A stretch of 64,000 nucleotides of DNA from an uncultured Acidimicrobiia bacterium (GCA_963720675.1 CAVRGH010000010.1:1020695-1084694), one strand, 5' to 3'; positions 1 to 10,733 are shown, numbered from the stretch's first letter. Numbers and translations are program-made. The notes: a model not told the origin generated them from the letters alone.

Positions 1-266
1 TCGCCGTAGTCGATCTCGACGAGTCGCTGGTCGACCTCGACGTCGAGGCCGAGCGAGGCGGCGATCGCTTCCGCGGTCTCCATCGTGCGTCGCAACGGAC
101 TCGACACCACCGCGAGCGGTTCGTGGGCGCCGAGCGCGTCGCTCACGACCGAACCGAGCGCGATGGCCTGCGCTCGGCCCGTGTCGTCGAGCGACGGATC
201 CGCGCGACCGAGGAGGAGTCCGCGGCGGTTCTGATCGGTCCGACCGTGGCGCACGAGCACGATCAC
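1..266 (-). CDS. histidine phosphatase family protein (PGAM/CobC-like), N-terminal part only; continues past the window start
   Basis: Minus-strand translation from GTG 266 reads VIVLVRHGRTDQNRRGLLLGRADPSLDDTGRAQAIALGSVV...VVSSPLRRTMETAEAIAASLGL, with the RHG phosphohistidine motif. The ORF runs off the window, so it is absent from the ORF track. Confidence 0.75.
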   Translation of the reverse strand, partial: MIVLVRHGRTDQNRRGLLLGRADPSLDDTGRAQAIALGSVVSDALGAHEPLAVVSSPLRRTMETAEAIAASLGLDVEVDQRLVEIDYG

Positions 267-746
267 GGTTGCGCACTCTCCTGCAGCCGCCCGGTGCGGA
301 GCAAGTTCTCGGCGCGGACCGGGGAGGTAGAGGTCGAACTGGCCGACGACCCACCAGCACGCAACCAGACCCGCGAGCTCCTCGAGCAGCACGACCCACC
401 AGACGGGTAGCAGCGACTCGTTCCCGAAGCTCGTCCCGCCGAGCGGCCAGAGGAACACGTCGCTGTTCGCGAACGCGCCCGACAGGACGAGGCCGCAGAA
501 CACGCCGATCGGCACGCAGAGCAGGCGCCGACGCAGCAGTCGGGGGCGTCCGATCGTCGCGACCATCACGATCACGAGCAGCAGGACGGGGAAGAGCAGC
601 GTGTAGCTGAACGTCCGGTGCCCGAACGGCAGGGACAGGACGAGTGGGAGCATCGAACCCACCGCGATCAGCCGATAGTCGACGCCGACGCTTCGGAACA
701 CGTTGGCGACGATCAGCACCGACAGCCCGACGTACCAGAGCAGCAC
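263..746 (-). CDS. polytopic membrane protein (GHRTFSYTLL motif, possibly DUF457/YdjM-like); 3' end ambiguous
   Basis: A minus-strand ORF opens just after the rnhA stop (GTG 746): VLLWYVGLSVLIVANVF...LPFGHRTFSYTLLFPVLLLVIVMVA...VPIGVFCGLVLSGAF...VWWVVLLEELAGLVACWWVV, with 4-5 hydrophobic spans. As sequenced it reads in frame into the phosphatase. Dropping one G of GGGG 321-324 gives ...YLPVRAENLLRTGRLQESAQP*, ending at TGA 263-265 in a GTGA overlap with the phosphatase start. Confidence 0.45.
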
Positions 747-758
747 GGTCCGCTCCGC

Positions 759-1181
759 TCAGCCCGCGTCGAGCGCCGCGTTCACCAGCAGGTCGGCATC
801 GACGTTCTGCTCACGCGGGACGTGCGCGAGGTCGACGTCGTCCCACGTCGCGAGCAGCTCGCGCGCCCGGGCGTGCAACGGCCGCAGATGCTCCTTCTTC
901 ACCTTCCACGCACCCTCGAGCTGGCGGATCACGAGCATCGAGTCGGCGCGCAGCCGTAGTGCCCGGGACGGGAACTCGAGCGCTGCCTCGAGCCCGGCGA
1001 TCACGGCCTCGTACTCGGCGACGTTGCTCGTCGCGGTCCCGATGCACTCGCTCACCGTGGCGAGCCGCGTCGGCGGCGACGTGGATGGATCCAGCACCAC
1101 GGCACCGATCGCCGCGGGGCCCGGGTTGCCCCTGGCCCCGCCGTCGGTGAACACCTCGACCACCGCGCGCGTCTCGGTCAC
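759..1181 (-). CDS. rnhA: ribonuclease HI
   Basis: This is the C-terminal 141 aa of track ORF 759-1862, starting at GTG 1181: VTETRAVVEVFTDGGARGNPGPAAIGAVV...SNVAEYEAVIAGLEAA...ADSMLVIRQLEGAWKVK...HVPREQNVDADLLVNAALD (RNase H acidic core). The start forms a GTGA overlap with the upstream gene's stop. Confidence 0.85.
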   Translation of the reverse strand: MTETRAVVEVFTDGGARGNPGPAAIGAVVLDPSTSPPTRLATVSECIGTATSNVAEYEAVIAGLEAALEFPSRALRLRADSMLVIRQLEGAWKVKKEHLRPLHARARELLATWDDVDLAHVPREQNVDADLLVNAALDAG

Positions 1182-1899
1182 GAGGTCAGCACGAGGATGC
1201 AGCCGCAGTTGTCGCAGTACGACACCTGGTCGGCGGGGGCACGGCGGATCGCGTCGATCTCGGTCGACGGCACGCTGAGGTGACACCCCTGGCACGTGCC
1301 GCCGACGAGCCGGGCCGCACCCACCCCGTTGCCCTTCTCGCGGCACCGCTCGTAGAGCCCGACGAGCTCGGTGCTGATCGGTGCGGCGACCTCGGCGCGC
1401 GCCGCGGTCTCGACCGCGACCTCGGCCTCGATCGCGGCCTCCGCCGCGGTCAGGGCCTCGCCTGCGGCGACGAGGTCGGCCTCGGCCGTCGCATGGCCGG
1501 CCTCGAGCTCCGCGAACGCGCGCGTCCAGCGGCTCGCGCTGCTCCATCGCCGCGATCTGGCGGTCCTCGACCTGGCGCTGGTGCCGCTTGAGCTGTTCGA
1601 CGTCGGCCTGCAGGGCCTGGAGCTCCTTCGGGGACGAGATCTCGCCCGAGTAGAGCTTCTGCTCGGCCGCCGCGGCCTGGCCTGCGATGGTCTGCGGCCT
1701 CGTCGTCGAGCCGACGCTCCACCGTCGCGACCTCGTCGCGCTGGGCAGTGGCCGCCAGGATCTCGACGGCCAAGGCCGCGACGAGTGCGCTGGTCTTCGC
1801 GACGGTCTCGCGCTCGGGCAAGGTCGCGTGGCGATGCCGGAGCCGGTCGAGCGCGAGGTCACGCTCCTGGAGATCGAGCAACGGCTCGAGGTTCGTCAC
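1178..1899 (-). pseudogene. DUF164-type coiled-coil / C4 zinc-ribbon protein (Rv2229c-like); frame broken twice as sequenced
   Basis: Three consecutive minus-strand frames carry one protein: VTNLEPLLDLQERDLALDRLRHRHATLPERETV...RRLDDEAA, then TIAGQAAAAEQKLYSGEISSPKELQALQADVEQLKRHQRQVEDRQIAAMEQREPLDARV, then ELEAGHATAEADL...LYERCREKGNGVGAARLVGGTCQGCHLSVPSTEIDAIRRAPADQVSYCDNCGCILVLTS*. The breaks are near 1695 and 1515. Confidence 0.75.
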
Positions 1900-1946
1900 A
1901 CCGCCGACCGTAGACGCCTGTCGGGGTCCGCTTGCACCTCGGTAGG

Positions 1947-4039
1947 CTACGGGCCGAGGGTGGTCGTGGTCGTGGCCGGCAGCGTCGGCAGCGTCGTGGC
2001 CGGCGGCTTCTTCGTGGTCGGGGGCACGATGACGACCGACGGCGGTGGCCCGGTCGGGACGGTGTCCGCGCCGGGCAGCAGGCCGTTGTCGGTCGCGCTG
2101 CGACCCGTGTCCGTGATGAATGCTCCCTTGCGGGCGCACGCGGGTCCCGGAGCCGGGAAGGGTTGGGCCGGCACCCCGGCGAGCGCGGCGTCCAGGTAGC
2201 GCTTCGAGATCCGCGCCGGGATCTGCCCGCCGAAGCCCGCGCCCGGGATGCGGGCGGTGGCGTTCCCGTGCCAGACGAAGTCGACCAGGGTCGGGGTCAC
2301 CTGGAGGAAGTTCGCGTCCGCGCGGTTGTCGGTGGTGCCCGTCTTGCCCGCCGACTCGCGACCGTTCAGTCGGGCCGCGGTACCCGTACCGCCGGTGATG
2401 ACACCCTTCATCATGTCGAGGGCGCACGCCGCGCTGTCGGCCGAGATCGCCCGGGTGGGCGTGACGTCGCGGGTCGCGTCGAACACGACCTCTCCGTCGG
2501 GCCCGACGATCTTGCTGACGAAGATCGGGGGACGGTGCAGGCCCCCGTTCGCGAGCGTCGCGGCGACGGTCGCCATCTCCGTGGCGGTGGACTCGATCGC
2601 ACCGAGCGTCAGCGTCAGGACCGGCTTGAGCGTGTCCTGGGTGATCCCCATCTTCTTGGCGGTGTCGATCACCTTGTTGAACCCCACCGCGAGCTCGGTG
2701 CGCGGCGAACGCGCAGTTCACCGAGTTCGCGGTCGCGGACCGGAAGGTCATGCGTCCGCCGCCACCCTCGGCGTTCTGGGTCTGGCCGAGCGCACCGAAC
2801 TTGCACGGCGACGTCCCGTCGACGAGGTCGTTGGGCGAGAAGCCCGCCTCCATCGCCGCGGAGAGCGGTGATGACCTTCCACGTCGACCCCGCTTGGCGA
2901 CCCGGGTAGCTGGTCGCGATGTTGTACTGGCTCGACTCGAACCCGGGCCCGGCGACCATGGCCTTCACCAGGCCGGTCGTCGGGTCGATCGAGACGAGCG
3001 AGCCCGTCCAGCCCGGCTTCTCGGGGAGCACCGCGTCCATCGCGGCCTGCGCGTCGGCCTGGAGCTTGGGGTCGAGCGACGCGTAGATCTTCAGGCCGCC
3101 CTTCAGCACGCGGTCCTTGCGCTCCTGGCGGGTGCTGCCCAGCACGGAGTAGATCGGATCGTCGAACAGCCGGTCCTGGACCTCCTCGGCCCACGAGTTC
3201 TTGGGCCGGAGCTCGGCCTCGGGCTTGATCGTCGGGAGCGGCTCCTGCGAACCGGCGACCGCCTGATCGGCGGTGATGTAGCCCTGGTCGAGCATCTGCT
3301 TGAGCGCGAAGTCGCGACGCTTCGTCGCGCCGTCGGGGTTCACGAACGGGTTGTTGCCCTCCGGATTCGAGATCACCCCGGCCAGCAGCGCAGCTTCTCC
3401 CGGCGTCACCTCGGCCATCGTCTTCGACCGCGGGAACGGCGAACCGGGGTCCAGCACGGTGAAGAACCGCTCGACCGCGCTCTTCACCCCGTACGAGCCC
3501 TGGCCGAAGTACACCGTGTTGAGGTACTGCTCGAGGATCTCGCGCTTGGAGAACTTCTCGTTCAACCGGACGGCGAGGACCAACTCCTTCACCTTGCGGT
3601 TGATGTCTTGCTTCGAGTTCAGGATCCGGTTCTTGATCAGCTGCTGCGTGATGGTCGAACCACCCTGCTCGATCTTCCCCGAGGTGAGGTTCTTCACTGC
3701 GGCGCGGAGCACACCGTTGATGTCGATGCCGTCGTTCGTCCAGAACGTCTGGTCCTCGACCGCGATCACCGCGTTCTGGATCAGCAGCGGGACCTCGTCG
3801 AGCTTCGCGTCCTCACGGTTCTGGATGCCCAGCACCCCGATCACGTTGTTCGCCGAGTCGTAGATCGTGGAGCGCTGGTTGAGCCCGCGCAGCTCCTTGA
3901 TCTTGTCGCTGGTGTAGTGGTGCGCCGCCGCGATCGTGGTCGCCCCGGGGATGAGCGCGGCGAGGCACGCGCCGACGGCGATGCCGCCGATCACGATCGT
4001 GAGGAGGAAGTTGCGGAGGGCGCCGGGGATCTTCTTCAT
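1947..4039 (-). pseudogene. ponA: class A penicillin-binding protein (transglycosylase + transpeptidase, PBP1A-type); frame broken twice as sequenced
   Basis: GT51 motifs are present: AVIAVEDQTFWTNDGID, GGSTITQQLIKN, RKVKELVLAVRLNEKFSKREILEQYLN. The transpeptidase part has GRQAGSTWKVIT (SxxK) and AGKTGTTDN, followed by a Pro/Thr-rich tail. The protein is spread over ORFs 2669-4060, 1450-2853 (N-terminal part) and 1947-2687. The breaks are near 2862 and 2700. The start is ATG 4039 (MKKIPGALRNF + TM helix) or GTG 4060. Confidence 0.85.
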
Positions 4040-4227
4040 GCGGGGTATCCATGATCGCACATGGGTCCGTGGATCCCCGTTCGGGAGTCGGGCGCGGCGA
4101 AGTCAGGGTTGGTGCGAGTGGGGGGCACCCAGTGCAAACGCCCGGTGATCGCAGGGGGTTCCCGAAAGGGCATCTTCCCGGACCGCTCCCGGTCGACGTC
4201 CCACCCCATCGCTAGCCTCCGCAGCGA

Positions 4228-7200
4228 ATGGCTGCGCAGCTCCCCCTCGACCTGGACCCACCGGCCGCGTCTGGCACGGGGCGGCTGGTGCTGGTGCCCC
4301 ACGGCGAACCGGCTCGGGCGGCGCTGTTCGACGCAGTCGCCGCGGCCCAGGTCGACGACTCCCTCGCGCCCGTCACGGTCGCCGTGCCCTCCCCGCTGGC
4401 CGGCCTCGCCCTCCGACGGGCCCTCGGCACTGCCTCGGGCCTGGTGAACGTCCACTTCACCGCGCTGGCCCGCGTCGCCGAGCTGCTCGGGGCGCCGGGC
4501 CTGGCCGCCTCGGGACGGCGTCCGCTGGCGGGCCCGCTCGCCGCCGAGGCCGTCCACAAGGTCCTCCTCGCCGATCCCGGCCCGCTGGAGGCGGTCGCCG
4601 GTCATCCCTCGACGACCCAGCACCTCGCGGCGACGTTCACCGAGCTCGCGCGCGTCCCGCCCGGAGCCCTGGCGACGATCGCGGCGCGGGGTCCCCGCGC
4701 CGCCACGGTCGTCCGTCTCTTCGAGGCGTACCGGGCCGAGACCAGCGGGTACTACGACCAGGACGACCTCGTGCTCGCGGCCGCCGCCGCGATCACCGAC
4801 GGGACCGCGCCGGCCGACGAGGTCGGGCACGTGATCGTGCACCTCCCGCTCGACCTCTCCCCGGGCGAGGGAGCGCTGCTCGAGGCCCTCGCCGCGCACG
4901 ACCGCTGCACCGTGCTGCTCGGTCTCACCGGCGACGCCACCGTCGACGCGGCCCAGGCCGGCGCGCTCGCGGCACGTCTCGCGCCGGCGCTCGGCGCCGC
5001 GGTCAGGGTCGGTGGGGCGCCCGCGCTGCCGATCGCCGACGCGATCGTCTCCGCACCCGATCCGGAGGACGAGGTGCGCGCCGTCGTCCGCCACCTCGTG
5101 GCGCGCGCCGGGGCCGGCGAGCCGCTCGGGCGCGCCGCGGTGCTCTTCCGTGCACCTGAGCCGTACGCACGAATCCTTCCCGAGCTGCTCAACGCAGCCG
5201 GTGTGCCCTGGAACGGACCGTCACCCCGCAGGATCGCCGACGGCGTCGCCGGTCGGGTCCTGCTCGGCTTGCTCGCGCTCCCGGACGACCAGCTCGCCCG
5301 CGACGATTTCGCCGCGTGGCTCGCCTCCGGTCCGGTACGCGACCCGGCCGACGACCGGCGCGTCAACGCCGCGAGGTGGGACGCGCTGTCGCGGCAGGCC
5401 GGCATCGTCCGCGGCGCGGAGCAGTGGGCCGACCGGCTCGCGGCGTTCGGCGACGCCATCGAACGTCGCCTCGCGCAGCAACGCGCCGAGGGTGACGAGA
5501 CCGAGTGGCAGACGCATCGCCTCGAGCGCGACCGCGACGACGCCGCCGCACTCGCGGCCTTCGTCGCCGACCTCGCCACCCGGGTCACCCCCCCGGACTC
5601 GCCGACCTGGAGCGCGCTGGCCGCGTGGGCGCGCCGGCTCTACGACCACTTCCTCGGCAGCGAGGGGCACCGCGGCGACTGGCCCGAGCACGAGCTCACG
5701 GCCGCGCGCCGCGTCGAGGAGGCGCTGGCCGAGCTCGGAGGGCTCGACGCGTTCGACGACCACGCGGAGACCGCACGGTTCCGCCGGGCCCTCGCAGCCG
5801 AGCTCGATGTGCCCATCGGGCGGATCGGACGGTTCGGTGGTGGGGTCCTGATCGGCCAGCTCGGCCAGGCCTACGCCGGCGATCTCGACGTCGTGTACGT
5901 GTTGGGCGGTGCCGAGGGCACCCTCCCACCGCGCGGTCGTGAGGACCCGCTCCTCCCCGACCGCGACCGGCACGACGTGCCGAGCCTCGCGCTGCACGCG
6001 GAGCGTCGGAACGAGGAGCGCCGCGACTATCTGGCCGCACTGGCGGCCGCGCGCGAGCGCGTCCTGACCTTCCCACGTGCCGATCCGCGCGCGCAGCGAA
6101 AGCGCCTCCCCGCACGCTGGGTGGTCGAGTCGGCCCGAGCCCTCGGCGCCGCGACGGCGACGGCCGAGGAGCTGCGCGACGAGGTCGAGGAGCCGTGGCT
6201 GGAGATCGTGCAGTCCTTCGACCAGCTCGTCACTTCTGGTGAGGCCGGATCCCCGACGGAGTACCGGCTGCACAGCCTGCACGACTGGGACGCGGTGCAT
6301 CACGACCTCGCGACCCACCCGCTCGCTGCGGGTGCGCTCGGGCGCGGGTTCGTCGCGGCTGCAGATCGCTCGTCGGCCGAGGCGACCGCGTTCGACGGCT
6401 TCGTCGGCACGCGGCCTGACCTCGCCCCGGGGCAGGAACGGCCGACCTCGCCGACCGCGCTCCAGGAATGGGCCGCGTGCCCGTTCCGCTACTTCCTCAG
6501 TCGCGTGCTGCGCCTGCGCGCGATCCCCCGCCCCGAAGACACCGAGACGATCAGTCCGCTCGACCGCGGTTCGCTCATCCATGCGATCCTCGAGGACTTC
6601 GTGCGCGAGTCGCCCACCCCAGCCGCGCCGGGCGAACCGTGGTCCGCAGAGGACGAGCTCCGGATGCTCGAGATCCTCGAACGGCACTGCGCGGATGCCG
6701 AGGCACGAGGCATCACGGGACGCGACGTGAACTGGGTGTTGGCCAAGCGGCGGATCTTCCAGGACGCGATGCGGTTCCTCGACACCGATGTCGTGACCCG
6801 GACGCGGTTCGGCGTCCTGCCCGCGCCCGACGGCCTGGAGCGCGCGTTCGGCGACGATGGTGAAGCGCCCGTCGAGGTCGAGCTCGGTGACGGGCGCACG
6901 GTCACGTTCCGCGGTCGGATCGACCGCGTCGACCGGTCCCCCGACGGCCGACAGGTCGTCGTGTACGACTACAAGACCGGCAGCTCCCGCTACGAAGAGG
7001 TCGGCGACGACCCGGTCAACGAGGGTCGATCTCTGCAGCTCCCGGTCTACGCGCTCGCGGCGCTGCAACGCGACGACGCCGAGTCGGCCCAGGCGCACTA
7101 CTGGTTCACCGGCGAGGACTGGCCCGAGGCACTCGAGGTGCACGTCGACCTCGACGACGCGCGCGACCGCTTCGTCGAGGTCGTCGGGATCATCGTTGAC

Positions 7201-7431
7201 GGGGTCGAACAGGGGTGCTTCCCGGCGAACCCGGGCGCGCGCTCCTACGACTGGCGCTCTCAACGCGAGACGCACGAGAGCTGTCGCCACTGCGACTTCG
7301 ACGACCTCTGTCCCGTGGACCGAGGGACCGTCTGGGAGCGCAAGTCGGAAGGGCCGGGATACGACACGTTCCACGACCTCGCGTACGAAGTCGACGAAGA
7401 TCCCGATTCCGGCGAGGACGTGGAGCGGTGA
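4228..7431 (+). CDS. AddB-type helicase-nuclease subunit (PD-(D/E)XK nuclease with 4-Cys Fe-S motif)
   Basis: An intact 1067-aa ORF. Its C-terminal nuclease motif is GRIDRVDRSPDGRQVVVYDYKTG, bracketed by WAACPFRYF and SCRHCDFDDLCP (1+3 Cys as in Fe-S AddB). I saw no Walker A motif. The stop overlaps the next gene's GTG (GTGA). Confidence 0.7.
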   Translation: MAAQLPLDLDPPAASGTGRLVLVPHGEPARAALFDAVAAAQVDDSLAPVTVAVPSPLAGLALRRALGTASGLVNVHFTALARVAELLGAPGLAASGRRPLAGPLAAEAVHKVLLADPGPLEAVAGHPSTTQHLAATFTELARVPPGALATIAARGPRAATVVRLFEAYRAETSGYYDQDDLVLAAAAAITDGTAPADEVGHVIVHLPLDLSPGEGALLEALAAHDRCTVLLGLTGDATVDAAQAGALAARLAPALGAAVRVGGAPALPIADAIVSAPDPEDEVRAVVRHLVARAGAGEPLGRAAVLFRAPEPYARILPELLNAAGVPWNGPSPRRIADGVAGRVLLGLLALPDDQLARDDFAAWLASGPVRDPADDRRVNAARWDALSRQAGIVRGAEQWADRLAAFGDAIERRLAQQRAEGDETEWQTHRLERDRDDAAALAAFVADLATRVTPPDSPTWSALAAWARRLYDHFLGSEGHRGDWPEHELTAARRVEEALAELGGLDAFDDHAETARFRRALAAELDVPIGRIGRFGGGVLIGQLGQAYAGDLDVVYVLGGAEGTLPPRGREDPLLPDRDRHDVPSLALHAERRNEERRDYLAALAAARERVLTFPRADPRAQRKRLPARWVVESARALGAATATAEELRDEVEEPWLEIVQSFDQLVTSGEAGSPTEYRLHSLHDWDAVHHDLATHPLAAGALGRGFVAAADRSSAEATAFDGFVGTRPDLAPGQERPTSPTALQEWAACPFRYFLSRVLRLRAIPRPEDTETISPLDRGSLIHAILEDFVRESPTPAAPGEPWSAEDELRMLEILERHCADAEARGITGRDVNWVLAKRRIFQDAMRFLDTDVVTRTRFGVLPAPDGLERAFGDDGEAPVEVELGDGRTVTFRGRIDRVDRSPDGRQVVVYDYKTGSSRYEEVGDDPVNEGRSLQLPVYALAALQRDDAESAQAHYWFTGEDWPEALEVHVDLDDARDRFVEVVGIIVDGVEQGCFPANPGARSYDWRSQRETHESCRHCDFDDLCPVDRGTVWERKSEGPGYDTFHDLAYEVDEDPDSGEDVER

Positions 7432-10400
7432 GGACCGCGGTCGACCAGACGGCGCGCACCGCCGTGCGCGACGACCACGACGTCAGCCTGTTCGTCGAGG
7501 CGGGCGCGGGGACGGGCAAGACGACCGCGCTCGTCGATCGCGTCGTCGCGCTCGTCGCTTCCGGACGCATCGAGCTGCGCGAGCTCGCCGCGATCACGTT
7601 CACCGAGGCCGCCGCGGCCGAGCTGCGGGACCGGATCCGCGGCGCGCTCGAACGCGCGGTCGCGGGCGACACCGTCGGCGTGGAGGATGCCGACGCGCGG
7701 CAGCGGTGCAGCGACGCACTCGACCAGCTCGAGGAAGCCGGCCTCACGACCCTGCACGGATTCGCCCAACGGCTCCTCACCGAACATCCGCTCGAAGCCG
7801 GCCTCCCACCTGGCTTCGAGGTGCTCGACGACATCCAGGCGCGCGTCGCGTTCGAGCAACGGTGGGGCGAGTTCCTCGACCACCTCTACGACGACCCGGG
7901 CCTCCGCGACACCCTGCTGGTGGGCCTGGTGCTCGGGCTGCGCTTCGACCACCTCCGCGACGTCGCGAAGCTGCTCCATGACCACATCGACCGCATGGGT
8001 CCCTCGTTCGCGGCCGAGGTCCCGCCCCCGGTCGACATCACCCCCCTGCTCGACGCGCTCGACCACCTCGCCGAGCTCCGGCGCACGCTGTGCACCACGT
8101 CCGACGACCGGCTCGGTGTCCACATCGACGAGCTGGCGGCCTACCGGGCAAGCCTCGCGGCAGCCGTCGACCGGCTCGACCGGCTGGAGTGGCTGGCCGA
8201 CGCCACGAAGATCGCGAGTGGCAAGAAGGGGCAGAAGGGCAACTGGACCTGCGATGTCGCGGAGGCGCGGACCGCGACGGCTGACACCGAAGCGCTCCGG
8301 GCGTCGATCGTCGAGACGCAGCGCCGCGCGGTCCTCCACACGCTGCTCGGGCGAGTGATGGACTTCGTGCGCGCCCACGCGGCAGAGCGGCGGCGCGAGG
8401 GCACGCTCGAGTTCCACGACCTGCTCGTCCTCGCCCGCGACCTCCTCCGTACCGACCCTGCGGTGCGTGAGGCCGCGGCGCGGCGGTGGCGCTGCGTCCT
8501 GCTCGATGAGTTCCAGGACACCGATCCGCTCCAGATCCAGCTCGCGGTGCTCCTCGCCACGAGCGAACCGAATGCCGGTCGGCTCGACTGGCAGGAGGTC
8601 CCGGTCGACGCCGGTGCGCTCGTCGTGGTCGGTGACCCCAAACAGTCGATCTACCGGTTCCGGCGCGCCGATCTCGGCATGTACCACGAGGCCCAGCACC
8701 GGCTCGGACTCACCGAGGTCGCGCTCGTCGAGAACTTCCGGTCCGTACCGGGGGTGCTCGACTTCGTGAACCACGTCTTCGGAGGGCTGCTCCCCGAAGC
8801 GGTGCCCGGAGTCCAGGCCGCGCACGTCGACCTGCAGCCGCACCGCGACGCCATCGGCACCGACGTCGCCGTCCGCCTCCTGGGCAACGCGGTCGACGCG
8901 CCCGTCGTCGAGGTACGCGAGCACGAAGCCGCCGATGTCGCCGCGATCGTCCACGCCGTCAAGCGGGAGCACTGGCAGGTCGAGGACACCAGAACGGGTG
9001 CGGTGCGCGACGCCGATTTCCAGGACATCGCGATCCTCATCCCGTCGCGGACCGTGCTCCCCGGTCTCGAAGATGCGCTCGAGCGTGCGGGGATCCCGGT
9101 GCGCGTCGAGAGCCAATCGCTCCTGTTCTCGACCGCCGAGGTCCGCGACCTGCTCTCGATCCTGGCGGCGATCGACGACCCTTCCGACGAGATCTCGGTG
9201 GTCGCCGCGCTGCGCTCCCCCGGGTTCGGGTGCAGCGACGCCGACCTCGCGGACTTCGTCGCGGCCCGCGGGCGGTGGAACTACCGCGTCGATGCGCCCG
9301 AGGCGCTCGATCCCGCGCATCCGGTCGTCGCCGGGCTCCGGGCGCTCCGCGAGTTCTGGGACCAACGCTGGTGGCGGAGCGTCAGCGAGACCGTCGAGGC
9401 CGTGGTGCGGGAACGACGGCTCCTCGAGCTCGCCGTCGCGAAGCGCCGCCCACGGGACCACTGGCGCCGGATCCGCTACCTGCTCGACCAGGCGCGTGCC
9501 TGGGACGACGCCGGATCGGCGACGCTGCGCAGCTTCGTCGACTGGGCACGCGAGCAGGCCGACGAGCGGGCGCGCGTCATCGAGTCGGTCGCGCCGGAGC
9601 CCGACGACGACGCGGTGCGCATCCTCACCATCCACGGCGCCAAGGGACTGGAGTTCCCGGTGGTCGTGCTGGCCGGGCTGAGCACCCAGCCCCCGAACTC
9701 GACTCCCGCGGTCGTCTGGGACGCCACCGGCACGCCGGAGTTCACGATCGGGACGAAGGCGAGCAACACGCGGGTCACGACCTCGGGGTACGAGGCTGCT
9801 CGCGAGGCGGAGAAGGCGCACGACGAGGCCGAGCGCCTCCGACTGCTCTACGTCGCGATGACCCGGGCGCGCGACCACCTCGTGGTCAGCCTCCACCACA
9901 AGATGGGCACGCGGTGCCACGCGCGCGCCGTGAGCGAGCACGTGGAGGGCGCGCCGGCTCGCGAGATCGTGCCCGACCCCTGGACGCCGCCCGCCCACAC
10001 CCGCCCTGCCGGCACCGCCGCCGCCGAGCCCTCGACGTTCGAGGCCTGGCTCGCCGCGCGCGACGAAGTGCTCGCGGCAGCTGGACGGGCACGCAGTATC
10101 GCGGCCACGACGCTCGCCAAGGCCGGCGACGGGTCGGCGGAAGCGGACGAGCCTGCCTCGGACACGCCACCGACCGACGCCCCTCCCTGGCGGCGTGGTC
10201 GCGCGGGTACGGCGGTCGGGCGCGCGGTCCACGCCGTGCTCCAGACCGTCGATCTGGCCACGGGCACCGACGTCGCGTCGGCCTCGCGGGCACAGGCGCT
10301 CGGTGAGGGCGTCCCCGGACGCGAGGACGAGGTGCGCGACCTCGTGGAAGCGGTGCTGCGAGCGCCGATCGTGCGCGCCACGGTGGAGCGCGGTCTCCGC

Positions 10401-10733
10401 TTCTGGCGCGAGGTCCCCGTGGCGGCGGAGATCGAGGGCCTGTTGCTCGAAGGGTTCATCGACCTGCTGGTCGAGACCGACGAGGGACTCGTGATCGTCG
10501 ACTACAAGACCGACCGCGTCGACGGCGACGCCGATCTCGACGCGGCGGTCGCTCGATACGCAGTGCAGGGCGCCGCGTATGCCGTGGCACTCGAGGCCGT
10601 GCTGGGGCAACCGGTCACGCGGTGCGTCTTCGTGTTCGCGCGCACGGGTGACCCCGCGGAACGCGAGGTCGTCGACCTCGATGCCACGAAGGCGCTGGTC
10701 CGCGAACGCGTCGCGGCCGCCGCGCTCGGCTAG
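7428..10733 (+). CDS. UvrD/Rep-family ATP-dependent helicase with C-terminal RecB-type nuclease (AddA/AdnB-like)
   Basis: Helicase motifs: LFVEAGAGTGKTTAL (Walker A), VLLDEFQDTDPLQ, VVGDPKQSIYRFRRAD, TIHGAKGLEFPVVVLAG, LLYVAMTRARDHLVVS. The nuclease motif is GFIDLLVETDEGLVIVDYKTD. GTG 7428 is the in-frame start coupled to the upstream stop. The track ORF (7215) over-extends 5'. Confidence 0.85.
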   Translation: MRTAVDQTARTAVRDDHDVSLFVEAGAGTGKTTALVDRVVALVASGRIELRELAAITFTEAAAAELRDRIRGALERAVAGDTVGVEDADARQRCSDALDQLEEAGLTTLHGFAQRLLTEHPLEAGLPPGFEVLDDIQARVAFEQRWGEFLDHLYDDPGLRDTLLVGLVLGLRFDHLRDVAKLLHDHIDRMGPSFAAEVPPPVDITPLLDALDHLAELRRTLCTTSDDRLGVHIDELAAYRASLAAAVDRLDRLEWLADATKIASGKKGQKGNWTCDVAEARTATADTEALRASIVETQRRAVLHTLLGRVMDFVRAHAAERRREGTLEFHDLLVLARDLLRTDPAVREAAARRWRCVLLDEFQDTDPLQIQLAVLLATSEPNAGRLDWQEVPVDAGALVVVGDPKQSIYRFRRADLGMYHEAQHRLGLTEVALVENFRSVPGVLDFVNHVFGGLLPEAVPGVQAAHVDLQPHRDAIGTDVAVRLLGNAVDAPVVEVREHEAADVAAIVHAVKREHWQVEDTRTGAVRDADFQDIAILIPSRTVLPGLEDALERAGIPVRVESQSLLFSTAEVRDLLSILAAIDDPSDEISVVAALRSPGFGCSDADLADFVAARGRWNYRVDAPEALDPAHPVVAGLRALREFWDQRWWRSVSETVEAVVRERRLLELAVAKRRPRDHWRRIRYLLDQARAWDDAGSATLRSFVDWAREQADERARVIESVAPEPDDDAVRILTIHGAKGLEFPVVVLAGLSTQPPNSTPAVVWDATGTPEFTIGTKASNTRVTTSGYEAAREAEKAHDEAERLRLLYVAMTRARDHLVVSLHHKMGTRCHARAVSEHVEGAPAREIVPDPWTPPAHTRPAGTAAAEPSTFEAWLAARDEVLAAAGRARSIAATTLAKAGDGSAEADEPASDTPPTDAPPWRRGRAGTAVGRAVHAVLQTVDLATGTDVASASRAQALGEGVPGREDEVRDLVEAVLRAPIVRATVERGLRFWREVPVAAEIEGLLLEGFIDLLVETDEGLVIVDYKTDRVDGDADLDAAVARYAVQGAAYAVALEAVLGQPVTRCVFVFARTGDPAEREVVDLDATKALVRERVAAAALG

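Noticed and set aside
10730-10733. Convergent genes sharing a 4-nt CTAG so that both TAG stops overlap. This occurs here and at 48199-48202.
   Set aside because: It is real but trivial. It only shows tight packing and the absence of an intergenic terminator. I can support no further function.
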